A stretch of 47,899 nucleotides of DNA from Spirochaetaceae bacterium (GTDB taxonomy: Bacteria; Spirochaetota; Spirochaetia; DSM-2461). Shown here one piece after another: positions 21,722-30,423 of this stretch. The notes under the pieces are model-generated. The model was not told the origin of the DNA and did not search any database. It saw nothing but the letters and a program-made list of their open reading frames with translations. The number at the start of each line of letters is the position of its first letter. The first letter of the stretch is position 1. The position numbers were made by a program, and so were the translations under genes. The DNA lies in the NCBI GenBank assembly GCA_016342385.1, contig JAEINM010000001.1:1-47899 (forward strand), read 5' to 3'.

Positions 21722-23005
21722 ATGCATAAATATTTAGTTGAGGGAGGTTTTCCCATAAAAGGGAAAATAAAAGCTAATGGTAACAAAAATGCGGCACTTC
21801 CCTGTATAGCAGCAACTCTTTTAACAGATGATGAAGTCATATTAAGAAATATTCCTGAAATTGAAGATGTATTCGTCATGTTTGAAGTACTCAAATATCT
21901 GGGCTGTAATGTAGAAAAAATACAGGATCATGAATATAGAATACAAACAAATAATATAACAACTAGTGAACTTCCCATTAACCTTTGTGGTAAAGTAAGA
22001 GCTTCGATCCTTTTCGCAGGTCCCATTCTTGCCCGGACCGGTAAAGTTGTCTTACCTCCACCAGGAGGTGATGTTATCGGTCGTAGAAGACTGGATACTC
22101 ATTTTCTTGCCCTCACAAATCTTGGAGCCCGTATAGAAGTAGATGGTGTCTTTAAAATAACTGCCAACAAGCTTATTGGTGAAGATATATTTCTTGATGA
22201 AGCTTCAGTTACAGCAACAGAAAATGCCATTATGGCTGCCGTTCTTGCGGAAGGAGAAACTATTCTTTCCAATTGTGCCTCTGAACCTCATGTACAGGAT
22301 TTATGCAATATGCTTAATTCCATGGGCGCTGAAATAATAGGAATTGGATCCAATATTCTTCGGATAAAAGGAAAGAAAAAGCTTAAAGGTACAGAATATA
22401 AAATAGGAGCGGATTTTATGGAAGTCGGTTCACTAATAGGGCTTTGTGCTGTAACCGGAGGCGAACTGGAAATTAATGACGCTGATCCTCATTTTCTCAG
22501 AATGACCAGACTTGGGTTTAATAAGTTGGGCATTAACTGGCAGCAGGATGAAAATTCTGTCTATGTTCCGACTAATCAGAAATTAAAAGTTGTTTCTGAT
22601 ATGGGGGGAAGTATACCCCATATAGATGATGCTCCCTGGCCGGGATTTCCTCCTGATCTGACAAGTATAATGACTGTTGTTGCAACTCAGGTTGAAGGGA
22701 CAATTCTCATTCATGAAAAAATGTTTGAATCGCGGATGTTTTTTGTAGATAAACTGATTGGGATGGGAGCTGGGATTATCCTCTGTGACCCCCATAGAGC
22801 TGTTGTATCCGGTCCAAGCCGACTTCGTGGAGATATACTCGTTTCTCCGGATGTGCGTGCTGGAATGGCTATGGTTATAGCGGCTCTTTGCGCACAGGGA
22901 CAAAGTGAAATACATAATGTGTATCAGATTGAAAGAGGCTATGAAAATATAGTCAATAGACTTAATTCTCTAGGAGCTCAGATCAATAGGGTTAAAGATA
23001 TATAA
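21722..23005 (+). CDS. murA: UDP-N-acetylglucosamine 1-carboxyvinyltransferase
   Basis: [37 protein letters not shown] 21722 follows AGGTG. Confidence 0.97.
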   Translation: MHKYLVEGGFPIKGKIKANGNKNAALPCIAATLLTDDEVILRNIPEIEDVFVMFEVLKYLGCNVEKIQDHEYRIQTNNITTSELPINLCGKVRASILFAGPILARTGKVVLPPPGGDVIGRRRLDTHFLALTNLGARIEVDGVFKITANKLIGEDIFLDEASVTATENAIMAAVLAEGETILSNCASEPHVQDLCNMLNSMGAEIIGIGSNILRIKGKKKLKGTEYKIGADFMEVGSLIGLCAVTGGELEINDADPHFLRMTRLGFNKLGINWQQDENSVYVPTNQKLKVVSDMGGSIPHIDDAPWPGFPPDLTSIMTVVATQVEGTILIHEKMFESRMFFVDKLIGMGAGIILCDPHRAVVSGPSRLRGDILVSPDVRAGMAMVIAALCAQGQSEIHNVYQIERGYENIVNRLNSLGAQINRVKDI

Positions 23006-23071
23006 TAGTAGAGGGGCTTAGTTTAATAGAGTGAAGTTATTGGATTTCTAATTTTACGACAGCTCCTTTTT

Positions 23072-23284
23072 TTATCCACAAATTATTCCACAAATTCAGA
23101 ATTTATCCACATGTTTTGCACAGCTATCTTTTATATACTAAAACAATAAAAAATAGATGTAATTTGTAATAAATTCTTATTGTATAAGTAATAATGAAAG
23201 AAATACTGAGATATTTTTATTATTATAAATAAACTATTTAATATAAAACAATTTGATTCTTGCTTTATTAACAAGTTATCCACA
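23072..23284 (+). promoter_or_regulatory. DnaA-box cluster E (murA - response-regulator spacer)
   Basis: TTATCCACA at 23072, 23103 and 23276; TATTCCACA 23084; TTTTGCACA 23114; TTATTAACA 23265. All share one orientation. Confidence 0.85.
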
Positions 23285-23911
23285 ACCAAATTGTGAATTA
23301 ATTATATATCCTCTATTTTTAATTGTACGGATTGCGAGAATATTTTTATCTTTGTTATTCGTTAATTGATTGATCTTTTTTTTGATAGAATGAATATAGG
23401 TATCTATTACACGGGACTTGTCATTTTTTACACCTATTTTATAGTAGATATTTTCTTTGCTGATTATTTTATCTAGATTATTTGACAAAAGAGATAATAT
23501 TTTATATTCGTTTACGGTCATTGGTAATGTATATTCACTGTTTTGAATACTACTATTAGAGAATTGAATTTCTATATTATTTATAAATAATTTATCTTTG
23601 TTGATATATCTGACTGCTCTTATTTCTATTTCATTAAAACTCCAGGGATTTTTAATGAAATCAGCTGCACCTACAGCAAAAGATTTTTCGATGAATTGAG
23701 AATCACCATATACAATGAAAGGGATATAGCTGAACTCTCTATAATCCCTACATATATGGATCATTGAAGATGAAATAAAAAGAATATCTGCTGACCTGTG
23801 GGGAAAATCACTTATTAGATAGTTAAAAGACACGGAGTTAGTAAAATTATATATATTAATTTTGTTTATTACAGCTTCTGAAGGATTAATAAAATTTAAA
23901 GTTTTTCTCAT
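23276..23911 (-). CDS. OmpR-type winged-helix regulator with degenerate receiver domain
   Basis: GAADFIKNPW receiver remnant and MTVNEYKIL...SRVIDTYIHSIKKK...IRTIKNRGY wHTH. Confidence 0.8.
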   Translation of the reverse strand: MRKTLNFINPSEAVINKINIYNFTNSVSFNYLISDFPHRSADILFISSSMIHICRDYREFSYIPFIVYGDSQFIEKSFAVGAADFIKNPWSFNEIEIRAVRYINKDKLFINNIEIQFSNSSIQNSEYTLPMTVNEYKILSLLSNNLDKIISKENIYYKIGVKNDKSRVIDTYIHSIKKKINQLTNNKDKNILAIRTIKNRGYIINSQFGCG

Positions 23912-23931
23912 AGGAATGGAAAGGACTCAAG

Positions 23932-23965
23932 AATAAAAAAAGGGTCATAAAGACCCTTTTTTATT
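23932..23965 (-). terminator. intrinsic terminator after the STAS gene
   Basis: AAAAAAGGGTC-ataaa-GACCCTTTTTT. Confidence 0.85.
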
Positions 23966-24518
23966 AACCCAGAAAAACCTGACCGCTATTATCTATGGCG
24001 AGAATAGTTTTACACTCGCTACAGCGGAAACGCCCGGCTCTACTGGCTTTCAACTTTTTAGAACAGATTGGACATCTGAAAATTTTCGGAAATACATCAC
24101 TTTTTGGAGCTGTACCATCAGAACCGAAAAATTCAACTGCTTCATCAAGGCTATCCTGAATATTGAAAAATTGAGAAAAGCCAAGTAACTGAAACACTTC
24201 ATACACCTTCGGTTGTATTTCCAGAAGGACAAGATCTCCACCTCGTGGTTTAACTGATTTCAGGAAAGCTGTAAATGAACCGATTCCTGTACTGGAAACA
24301 TAATTTAATCCACCACAATGAAAAATCAATTTAGTAAAACCTGCTTCTATAGCTTTCGTTACTCTTTTCTGGAAGAAATTTGAATTGTATGTATCAATAT
24401 ATCCGGTTAGATATAAAACTAGGCATCCCTTAGATGTCGGGATATTCTGAAGCCTAATTTTGAGACTATCATCTTTTTCTTCATCAAAACCTGGTACAAT
24501 ATTATTGTTGTTGCTCAT
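23964..24518 (-). CDS. STAS-domain anti-sigma-factor antagonist with C-terminal zinc ribbon
   Basis: GYIDTYNS, LNYVSSTGIG phospho-Ser motif, CPIC...CSEC. Confidence 0.88.
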   Translation of the reverse strand: MSNNNNIVPGFDEEKDDSLKIRLQNIPTSKGCLVLYLTGYIDTYNSNFFQKRVTKAIEAGFTKLIFHCGGLNYVSSTGIGSFTAFLKSVKPRGGDLVLLEIQPKVYEVFQLLGFSQFFNIQDSLDEAVEFFGSDGTAPKSDVFPKIFRCPICSKKLKASRAGRFRCSECKTILAIDNSGQVFLG

Positions 24519-24575
24519 GCTACCTCTTCATTTTCACATATAGAAAGTGAAGTATTCAAAAATGTATCAATTTCT

Positions 24576-24610
24576 ATTCTATTTATCGGCAATGTTTTTG
24601 TCAAATATTA
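24576..24610 (-). promoter_or_regulatory. sigma70 promoter TTGACA-N17-TAGAAT with an embedded sigma28-type GCCGATAA
   Basis: Minus strand reads taatat TTGACA aaaacattGCCGATAAa TAGAAT. Confidence 0.7.
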
Positions 24611-24758
24611 TATGGAAAAACATATAATTCTTAACAAATATTATTAATAATATCAATAATACCTTTAGTTTAGTATATTTTACACATTATGACATCTATA
24701 AAATAATAAGATTGTAATTCTTTATCTAGAATATTATTATTTTATTGAGGTGAATATA

Positions 24759-25238
24759 ATGAAAAAAATCCTTTTCTTAACGGTATATCTATTATGTGTT
24801 TCTATAATATCTCTGTTTTCACAAAATTCAGAGTTGGATTCTATCATTAATGTAAATATTTCACTAAAAGAGTTGAGTAATTCTACTCCTGACAAACTTG
24901 ATAAAATTATTGTGTCAGAAAAATACATAATATTAGAGGGTATTATTTCATCAATAAGAGAAATCGAAAGGTCAGAAAATAATTTTATTATAGATTTACA
25001 TCTTCTGAATGGTGAGTGGATAGGAATGGATAGAATAGATGTATACAAATGTATTATAAATGTTGATGGAAAAGAATGGGAAAATCGATTCCCCAAAAGA
25101 GCACCAAGAGAACCAACAGAAGAATTAATTCTGCTCAATAATCAGGTTATGGTTATTGGAAAAGTCACTGATTATGTTATGGATAATTCAATATTAACAG
25201 CTGTAGTTAATGCAGAGTATATTAGAAAAATTCAATAG
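24759..25238 (+). CDS. secreted hypothetical protein (possible OB-fold)
   Basis: Signal peptide MKKILFLTVYLLCVSIISLFS; SD GAGG; beta-rich mature region. Confidence 0.6.
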   Translation: MKKILFLTVYLLCVSIISLFSQNSELDSIINVNISLKELSNSTPDKLDKIIVSEKYIILEGIISSIREIERSENNFIIDLHLLNGEWIGMDRIDVYKCIINVDGKEWENRFPKRAPREPTEELILLNNQVMVIGKVTDYVMDNSILTAVVNAEYIRKIQ

Positions 25239-26356
25239 AATAATATATGTGATGGTTCTATGGATCGTTCCTCTTTAGAAAGGCATTCAGCCCTTTTAAT
25301 TGTCTGTTTCAGTTCCCGGATATTACCAGGCCATTTGTGATTTAAAAGCTTTAATACGGCTCTTTGAGAAATCGTTTTATTACTTCCTGACTCTTTTAGA
25401 AAATGTTTTGATAATTCATATATATCCTCTTTTCTCTCCCTCAAAGGGGGAACGCTAATAATCAAAGATGTAATTCTATAGTATAAATCCTCTCTGAACC
25501 GGCCTTCACGTACTTCATTTTTTAAATTTTTATTTGTTGCGGTTATAAGATTGAAATCTGACTTTATTTCATTGGAACCGCCTATTCTGGTAATAATGCC
25601 ATCTTCAAGAACCCGAAGCATTTTTGATTGTGCTGATAATGATAATTCGGCTATTTCATCTAGAAAGATAGTCGTTCGGTCTGCTTTTTCAAAAAGACCG
25701 ATTCTCTCTATAGCGTCGGTAAAGGCTCCTCTTTCAGTACCGAAGAGTTCTGATTCAATTATATTTTCTGGGATAGCTCCACAGTTTACGGCAACCATTG
25801 ATTTTTTCTGGGATTTGTTCTGGGCATGAATGGCTCGGGCAGCTAATTCCTTCCCAGTACCTGTTTCACCATTTATATGAATACAGATCCCCTTACCTCC
25901 AAACGTGATAATTTCATTTTTAAGAGAATGTATTTTTTGAGAATTGCCTATTATCTCTTTGAGGGTAAGATAGTTTTTATCATCTATAGGATCTCTTCCT
26001 GGGCTGATATATAAAAATTTCATAATGCATTCAATCAATTGACTTTTATCTTTTTTCTTATGAAAAAAACTATAGGCGCCATTTTTAACCATTGTTACTA
26101 CAAAGGGCAAAGATATTGTCTCTGAAACAAAAATAACAGGAATTTGAGGTAACTGTTTCATAAGAAGAGAGAGAAACTCTGGATTATTTCCTGTATAATC
26201 GGGATTTATAAGTAATATATCAGAATTACTGTTAAATGAAGGCATATTTTCCAATAGTTCAAAAGCCAGTTTTTGTATAATACAAAAATCGGGTAACCAG
26301 CTTTGTAGATCATGATAGAAAGAGGTATCTTTATCCAGATAGAATATATTAATCAT
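25232..26356 (-). CDS. sigma54-dependent enhancer-binding protein with atypical receiver and no C-terminal HTH
   Basis: GETGTGKE, ESELFG, GAFTDA, FLDEI, FREDLYYR, WPGNIREL; the protein ends shortly after. Confidence 0.9.
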   Translation of the reverse strand: MINIFYLDKDTSFYHDLQSWLPDFCIIQKLAFELLENMPSFNSNSDILLINPDYTGNNPEFLSLLMKQLPQIPVIFVSETISLPFVVTMVKNGAYSFFHKKKDKSQLIECIMKFLYISPGRDPIDDKNYLTLKEIIGNSQKIHSLKNEIITFGGKGICIHINGETGTGKELAARAIHAQNKSQKKSMVAVNCGAIPENIIESELFGTERGAFTDAIERIGLFEKADRTTIFLDEIAELSLSAQSKMLRVLEDGIITRIGGSNEIKSDFNLITATNKNLKNEVREGRFREDLYYRITSLIISVPPLRERKEDIYELSKHFLKESGSNKTISQRAVLKLLNHKWPGNIRELKQTIKRAECLSKEERSIEPSHILFY

Positions 26357-26430
26357 ATAATGATTATAGGGGGAAAATTAGAATCTGAATTAGGGATAAT
26401 TGGAAAATATTTTTTCCTAATGTAGACTAT

Positions 26431-26871
26431 TTATATTTTCATATATTCGTAAACAGTATGCCAATCTGTTGAAATCTTTGAAGATATAACTTTTCCACAT
26501 TGTTCTGATAATATGGGGAGGAGCAGTAAAAAACCTAATACTGTTGAAATAAAACCAGGCATAAATATCAAGAGGGCAGTCAAAAATATCCCTGTAATTT
26601 CAAAAAAGTAACTTTCGGGAAATATTCCATTTTTACAATTATCATTAATTATTTTTATCAATATATTAATTCGGCTAATAGAAAAAAATAATCCAGTTAG
26701 AGAGATGCAGCAAATTACAGCCATTATAAGATATACACCAAAAATATTGGTGAAATTTATAGTAACAAACAGATCTATAATCTGAATTATGGAGGCAGCT
26801 AATAAAAAATAAAGAATCTGAATAGCTTTTGTCTCTTTAAATATATTTAAAATAAATTGAATGCTTAACAT
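26431..26871 (-). CDS. fxsA: FxsA-family membrane protein
   Basis: Hydrophobic protein with a PGFIS..GFLLLLP motif. Confidence 0.65.
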   Translation of the reverse strand: MLSIQFILNIFKETKAIQILYFLLAASIIQIIDLFVTINFTNIFGVYLIMAVICCISLTGLFFSISRINILIKIINDNCKNGIFPESYFFEITGIFLTALLIFMPGFISTVLGFLLLLPILSEQCGKVISSKISTDWHTVYEYMKI

Positions 26872-26879
26872 TAAGGACC

Positions 26880-27632
26880 TCAGGATAGTTTAAAAAGTTT
26901 ATATATAACCAATAAAAAGTAATAAGCCAGTAAAGGGATTAAATAGAGAATTCTCCATGGTTTTAACAAAGAGGTAATGATTCGGGCAAACAATCTTCCC
27001 GATACCTTCCGGGATGGCCTTTTCTTCTTACCTGAAAATATTTCAAAACAATCGGGACTCCACAAGGTGAGTCCGGGATTAAATTTATCACTGTTGAGAT
27101 ATATCCATTTATTCTTTCCTTTCATACCACTTCCGACCAGGAGCAATGAAGGAGAAGATTTTTTTATGGCCAGAATAATATCTTCCTCTTTATCTCTCTG
27201 ATAAAGACTACTGCTTCTTCCTACTAAATGAAGATCGGGGTATGAATCTTTGAGGTTTTTTTCAGAGATGCTGATATTTTTCTTGTTTGATCCTATTATA
27301 TAAATAGATTTTTTATGCTTTTCAAGAATACTCAAAATTTTTAGTACAAAATCATAGTTGATAAATACAGGAGACTCTTTATTAAACAAGAATGATATTC
27401 CTTTAGTTATAATTGTTGATGAAGGTAACACTAAAGAGGCATTATTAAGCAGTTTTTTGAAACTTTTATTGTTTCTACCCTTAAAAATATCTTTAAAACT
27501 AAGGAAGACTATCTGATTAGATTTTTTATTTTCCAGTAATTCCAGGATTGTTTTTTCTAATTCTTTTTCATTCAGAATATCTATAGGAATTTTCAGAAAA
27601 TTTATTCTTTTGTTTACAGATTCAAGTTCCAT
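26880..27632 (-). CDS. WecB/TagA/CpsF-family glycosyltransferase-like protein (degenerate)
   Basis: RINFLKIPID, IYIIGS, YPDLHLVG and IKKSSPSLLLVG follow the family layout. Confidence 0.7.
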   Translation of the reverse strand: MELESVNKRINFLKIPIDILNEKELEKTILELLENKKSNQIVFLSFKDIFKGRNNKSFKKLLNNASLVLPSSTIITKGISFLFNKESPVFINYDFVLKILSILEKHKKSIYIIGSNKKNISISEKNLKDSYPDLHLVGRSSSLYQRDKEEDIILAIKKSSPSLLLVGSGMKGKNKWIYLNSDKFNPGLTLWSPDCFEIFSGKKKRPSRKVSGRLFARIITSLLKPWRILYLIPLLAYYFLLVIYKLFKLS

Positions 27633-28369
27633 CTGATTTTCTCCAATAATACAGTATTTATAGCTGCAGTTGCATATAAAGCAGCTGTTTCAGTTCTGAG
27701 GACATTTTTTCCCAGATAAATCGATTTGAATCCTGCTTTAATCAATAAATCAACTTCTCTCGGGGAAATCCCTCCTTCAGGTCCTATGACAATATATACC
27801 TGATTGATATTTTCATTAAGACATTTATGCAGAGAATTATCATCAATTTTAATTTGATGGCAAAAAAGACCTGGCCCACAGTTGTTCCAGATTAAAGGTA
27901 AATCATCCATTTTTATAGGAGAAAATATCCTGGGGAAAATAGAAGAACCGCTTTGTTGCATGGCTTCAATAGCTATTTTCTCCCAGCGAAGACGTTTTTT
28001 TTCAATATCTTTTTCATTATCAAATTTAGGGACAGCATGATCACTTAAAACAGGAATTATCTGTTTGATACCTGTTTCAACAGCTTGTCTGATAATTTGA
28101 TCCATTTTTTTGCCTTTCGGCAGACATTGAACAAGTGTGATATCAACATTTTCATTTTCAACGGTTTTTCCTGTACTGAGTTTGACCAGGCAGGAGTCCT
28201 TCTCAACAGATTCTATGCTTATAAGCCAGGGGTTTCCCGCTCTATCCAGTCCAGGAAATTTATCTCCGGTTTTTTTCCGTATAACATGGCAGATATAGTG
28301 AAAATCATCTCCTGACAGTTTGAGTTCAGTCTGACCGTTAAAAGTCTCAGGTAAAACAAATTGACGCAT
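27614..28369 (-). CDS. rsmE: 16S rRNA m3U1498 methyltransferase
   Basis: HYICHVIR, AVETG, EAMQQS, IGPEGG, LGKNVLRTETA. Confidence 0.95.
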   Translation of the reverse strand: MRQFVLPETFNGQTELKLSGDDFHYICHVIRKKTGDKFPGLDRAGNPWLISIESVEKDSCLVKLSTGKTVENENVDITLVQCLPKGKKMDQIIRQAVETGIKQIIPVLSDHAVPKFDNEKDIEKKRLRWEKIAIEAMQQSGSSIFPRIFSPIKMDDLPLIWNNCGPGLFCHQIKIDDNSLHKCLNENINQVYIVIGPEGGISPREVDLLIKAGFKSIYLGKNVLRTETAALYATAAINTVLLEKIRWNLNL

Positions 28370-28371
28370 AT

Positions 28372-28770
28372 TTAACCATCTATCGACTTTATATTAAATT
28401 TTCTGTTTCTCGGACCGTCGTATTCGCAGAAAAATACTCCCTGCCAGGTTCCAAGAATCATTTTTCCATTAATTACAGGTATTGTTACAGAAAGACCAGT
28501 AAGAGTCGTTTTTATATGAGCATCGGAATTTCCTTCAAGATGTGTGTAACTATCTCTATAGGGAATCAGTTTATTCAGTGTTTTAATCATATCACTTTTC
28601 ACCGATGGATCGGCATTTTCATTTATCGTTATTCCAGCAGTTGTGTGAGGAGAGCAGACGACCACAATTCCATTTCCCATGCTATCTCTGACAAACTTGT
28701 CTATAACACCGGTAATTTCGATCATTTCTGTTCGATTGGTAGTTTTGATATGTATTTCTTTAAAACTCAT
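28372..28770 (-). CDS. yjbQ: YjbQ/UPF0047 family protein
   Basis: PHTTAGITINENADP, HLEGNSDAH, LGTWQG, EYDGPR. Confidence 0.93.
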   Translation of the reverse strand: MSFKEIHIKTTNRTEMIEITGVIDKFVRDSMGNGIVVVCSPHTTAGITINENADPSVKSDMIKTLNKLIPYRDSYTHLEGNSDAHIKTTLTGLSVTIPVINGKMILGTWQGVFFCEYDGPRNRKFNIKSIDG

Positions 28771-30194
28771 ATTTGCTCTTTAATAACCTCAATAGCTTTT
28801 TTAAGTGTTTCATCATACTGGAGATCATAAACGGGAGGGTTATCTGAAAGTCTATTTATCTCAGATCTAATCAGCCTTTTAATAGTCTCATCAGAGAGAA
28901 CAATGCCATCATTTTTCAGTTCCATTATAAATGAATTTATACTGTTATTATTAACAGTATTATCAGTTACAAATTTTCTTATGGTGTTCTTTTCTATCAG
29001 CTGAGCATAAGATTCCAGTTCTTCTGGCGTGAACTCTGGTAATTCTACTGCAATATCCGGCTCTATACCGGTTTTATCTATACTTGTGCCTGAAGGGGTA
29101 TAATATCTGGCCATAGTCAGTTTAATCGCACTCTCCCCCAGCCCGATCATTGTCTGTACCGAACCTTTTCCATAACTGGTCTGTCCAATAACCACAGCCC
29201 TGTTTCTGTCTTTTAATGCTCCAGTGAGTATTTCCGAAGCTGAAGCTGATCCATTATCTATAAGAACGGCTATGGGGATATTATTGTTTACCAGAACTCC
29301 CCTTTTGGCATGGAATATTTCATTTTCATTTTCAATTCTGGATTTCGTACTGACTATAACGCCATCATTAAAAAAATAATCGGAAATTTCGACAACAGAA
29401 GATAATAATCCTCCCGGATTACCTCTCAGATCTATGATCAGACCTTTGTAATTGTTTTTATTAAAGGTTTCAATAGCACTTTCCACTCTCGTAGCTGTAA
29501 ATGGGGTAAACTGAATGACTCTCATATATCCGATTTCATTAATCATATCTTCTTTGACAGTGGGAATCTCTATGTTTGCCCGGTTGAGAGTCACGTCAAA
29601 GGTTATACTGTCACCTCTTAAAAGTGTTACATCGACAGGAGTTCCCGGTTCTCCCCTAAGGAGATTTGATACATCATTTGTGCTGAGATCTTTTGCCGAT
29701 TCTCCGTTGATTTTATATATATAGTCTCCTGAATGAATTCCCGCTCTGTATGCCGGAGTCCCCTCTATGGGAGATACAACTTCTACATAGGGTTTTCGTC
29801 CGTAGGGGTTTTCCTCATCATATAAAGTGGATTTGGAAATATAAAGACCTACTCCTCCGAATTTTCCCTGAGTGGTATCTGTCAGACTCTGTACAGCCAT
29901 CTCATCGAGATAAACAGAATAGGGATCATCCAGGCTTTCAAATAATCCATCCATAGCTCCTTTAAAAAGTTCTTCTGGAGGAATTTCATCTATATAGTTG
30001 TTTAAAACATAGTAATAGGCATTTTTAAGAAGATTCATATATTTTTCAACATCTCTGTTATATGAGTAACTGGTTTGTGCCGAGACTGTGGGAACTGATC
30101 GGGTAAAAACAAAAAACAATGCAACTATTACCAATGAAATTGACAATAGTGATGTAAGACCTGCCCATATTAGTCTCTCTTTTTTTCTTTTCAT
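28767..30194 (-). CDS. ctpA: carboxy-terminal processing protease (S41, PDZ)
   Basis: LDDPYS, PDZ GVG, DLRGNPGG, SASASE, YGKGSVQ; N-terminal TM. Confidence 0.93.
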   Translation of the reverse strand: MKRKKERLIWAGLTSLLSISLVIVALFFVFTRSVPTVSAQTSYSYNRDVEKYMNLLKNAYYYVLNNYIDEIPPEELFKGAMDGLFESLDDPYSVYLDEMAVQSLTDTTQGKFGGVGLYISKSTLYDEENPYGRKPYVEVVSPIEGTPAYRAGIHSGDYIYKINGESAKDLSTNDVSNLLRGEPGTPVDVTLLRGDSITFDVTLNRANIEIPTVKEDMINEIGYMRVIQFTPFTATRVESAIETFNKNNYKGLIIDLRGNPGGLLSSVVEISDYFFNDGVIVSTKSRIENENEIFHAKRGVLVNNNIPIAVLIDNGSASASEILTGALKDRNRAVVIGQTSYGKGSVQTMIGLGESAIKLTMARYYTPSGTSIDKTGIEPDIAVELPEFTPEELESYAQLIEKNTIRKFVTDNTVNNNSINSFIMELKNDGIVLSDETIKRLIRSEINRLSDNPPVYDLQYDETLKKAIEVIKEQI

Positions 30195-30298
30195 AATAAC
30201 TTCCTTATTATATGTTACGATATATTGCTGGTTTACTTGACCGGTTATCTTAACAAACTTAAAATTACTTTGAGTACATTATATTATAAAATAATAAA

Positions 30299-30418
30299 AA
30301 TAAAGAACTTTGAAGTAAACTACAAAGTTCTTTATTCGGAATGGTTGCGGTAAACCGCTTTCAAATCATGGCTTTTACCCTGAACAAATTCAGGAATACA
30401 GCTAACCGAATGAAGGAG
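30299..30418 (+). promoter_or_regulatory. structured 5' leader with alternative pairings, upstream of the MinD/FlhG-like gene
   Basis: 14-bp perfect inverted repeat, two internal hairpins and a 12-bp helix covering the SD. Confidence 0.5.
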
Positions 30419-30423
30419 AATTG

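Noticed and set aside
23011-23070. GGGGCT...AGCTCC plus T-tract as the murA terminator
   Set aside because: The stem is short and the loop is very long; not supportable without a folding calculation.
30338-30405. GGAATGG...AAACCGC...GCTAA resembling a fluoride riboswitch
   Set aside because: The P1/pseudoknot pairing and the 3' ATGA..CTAC motif are missing, and the gene context is wrong.
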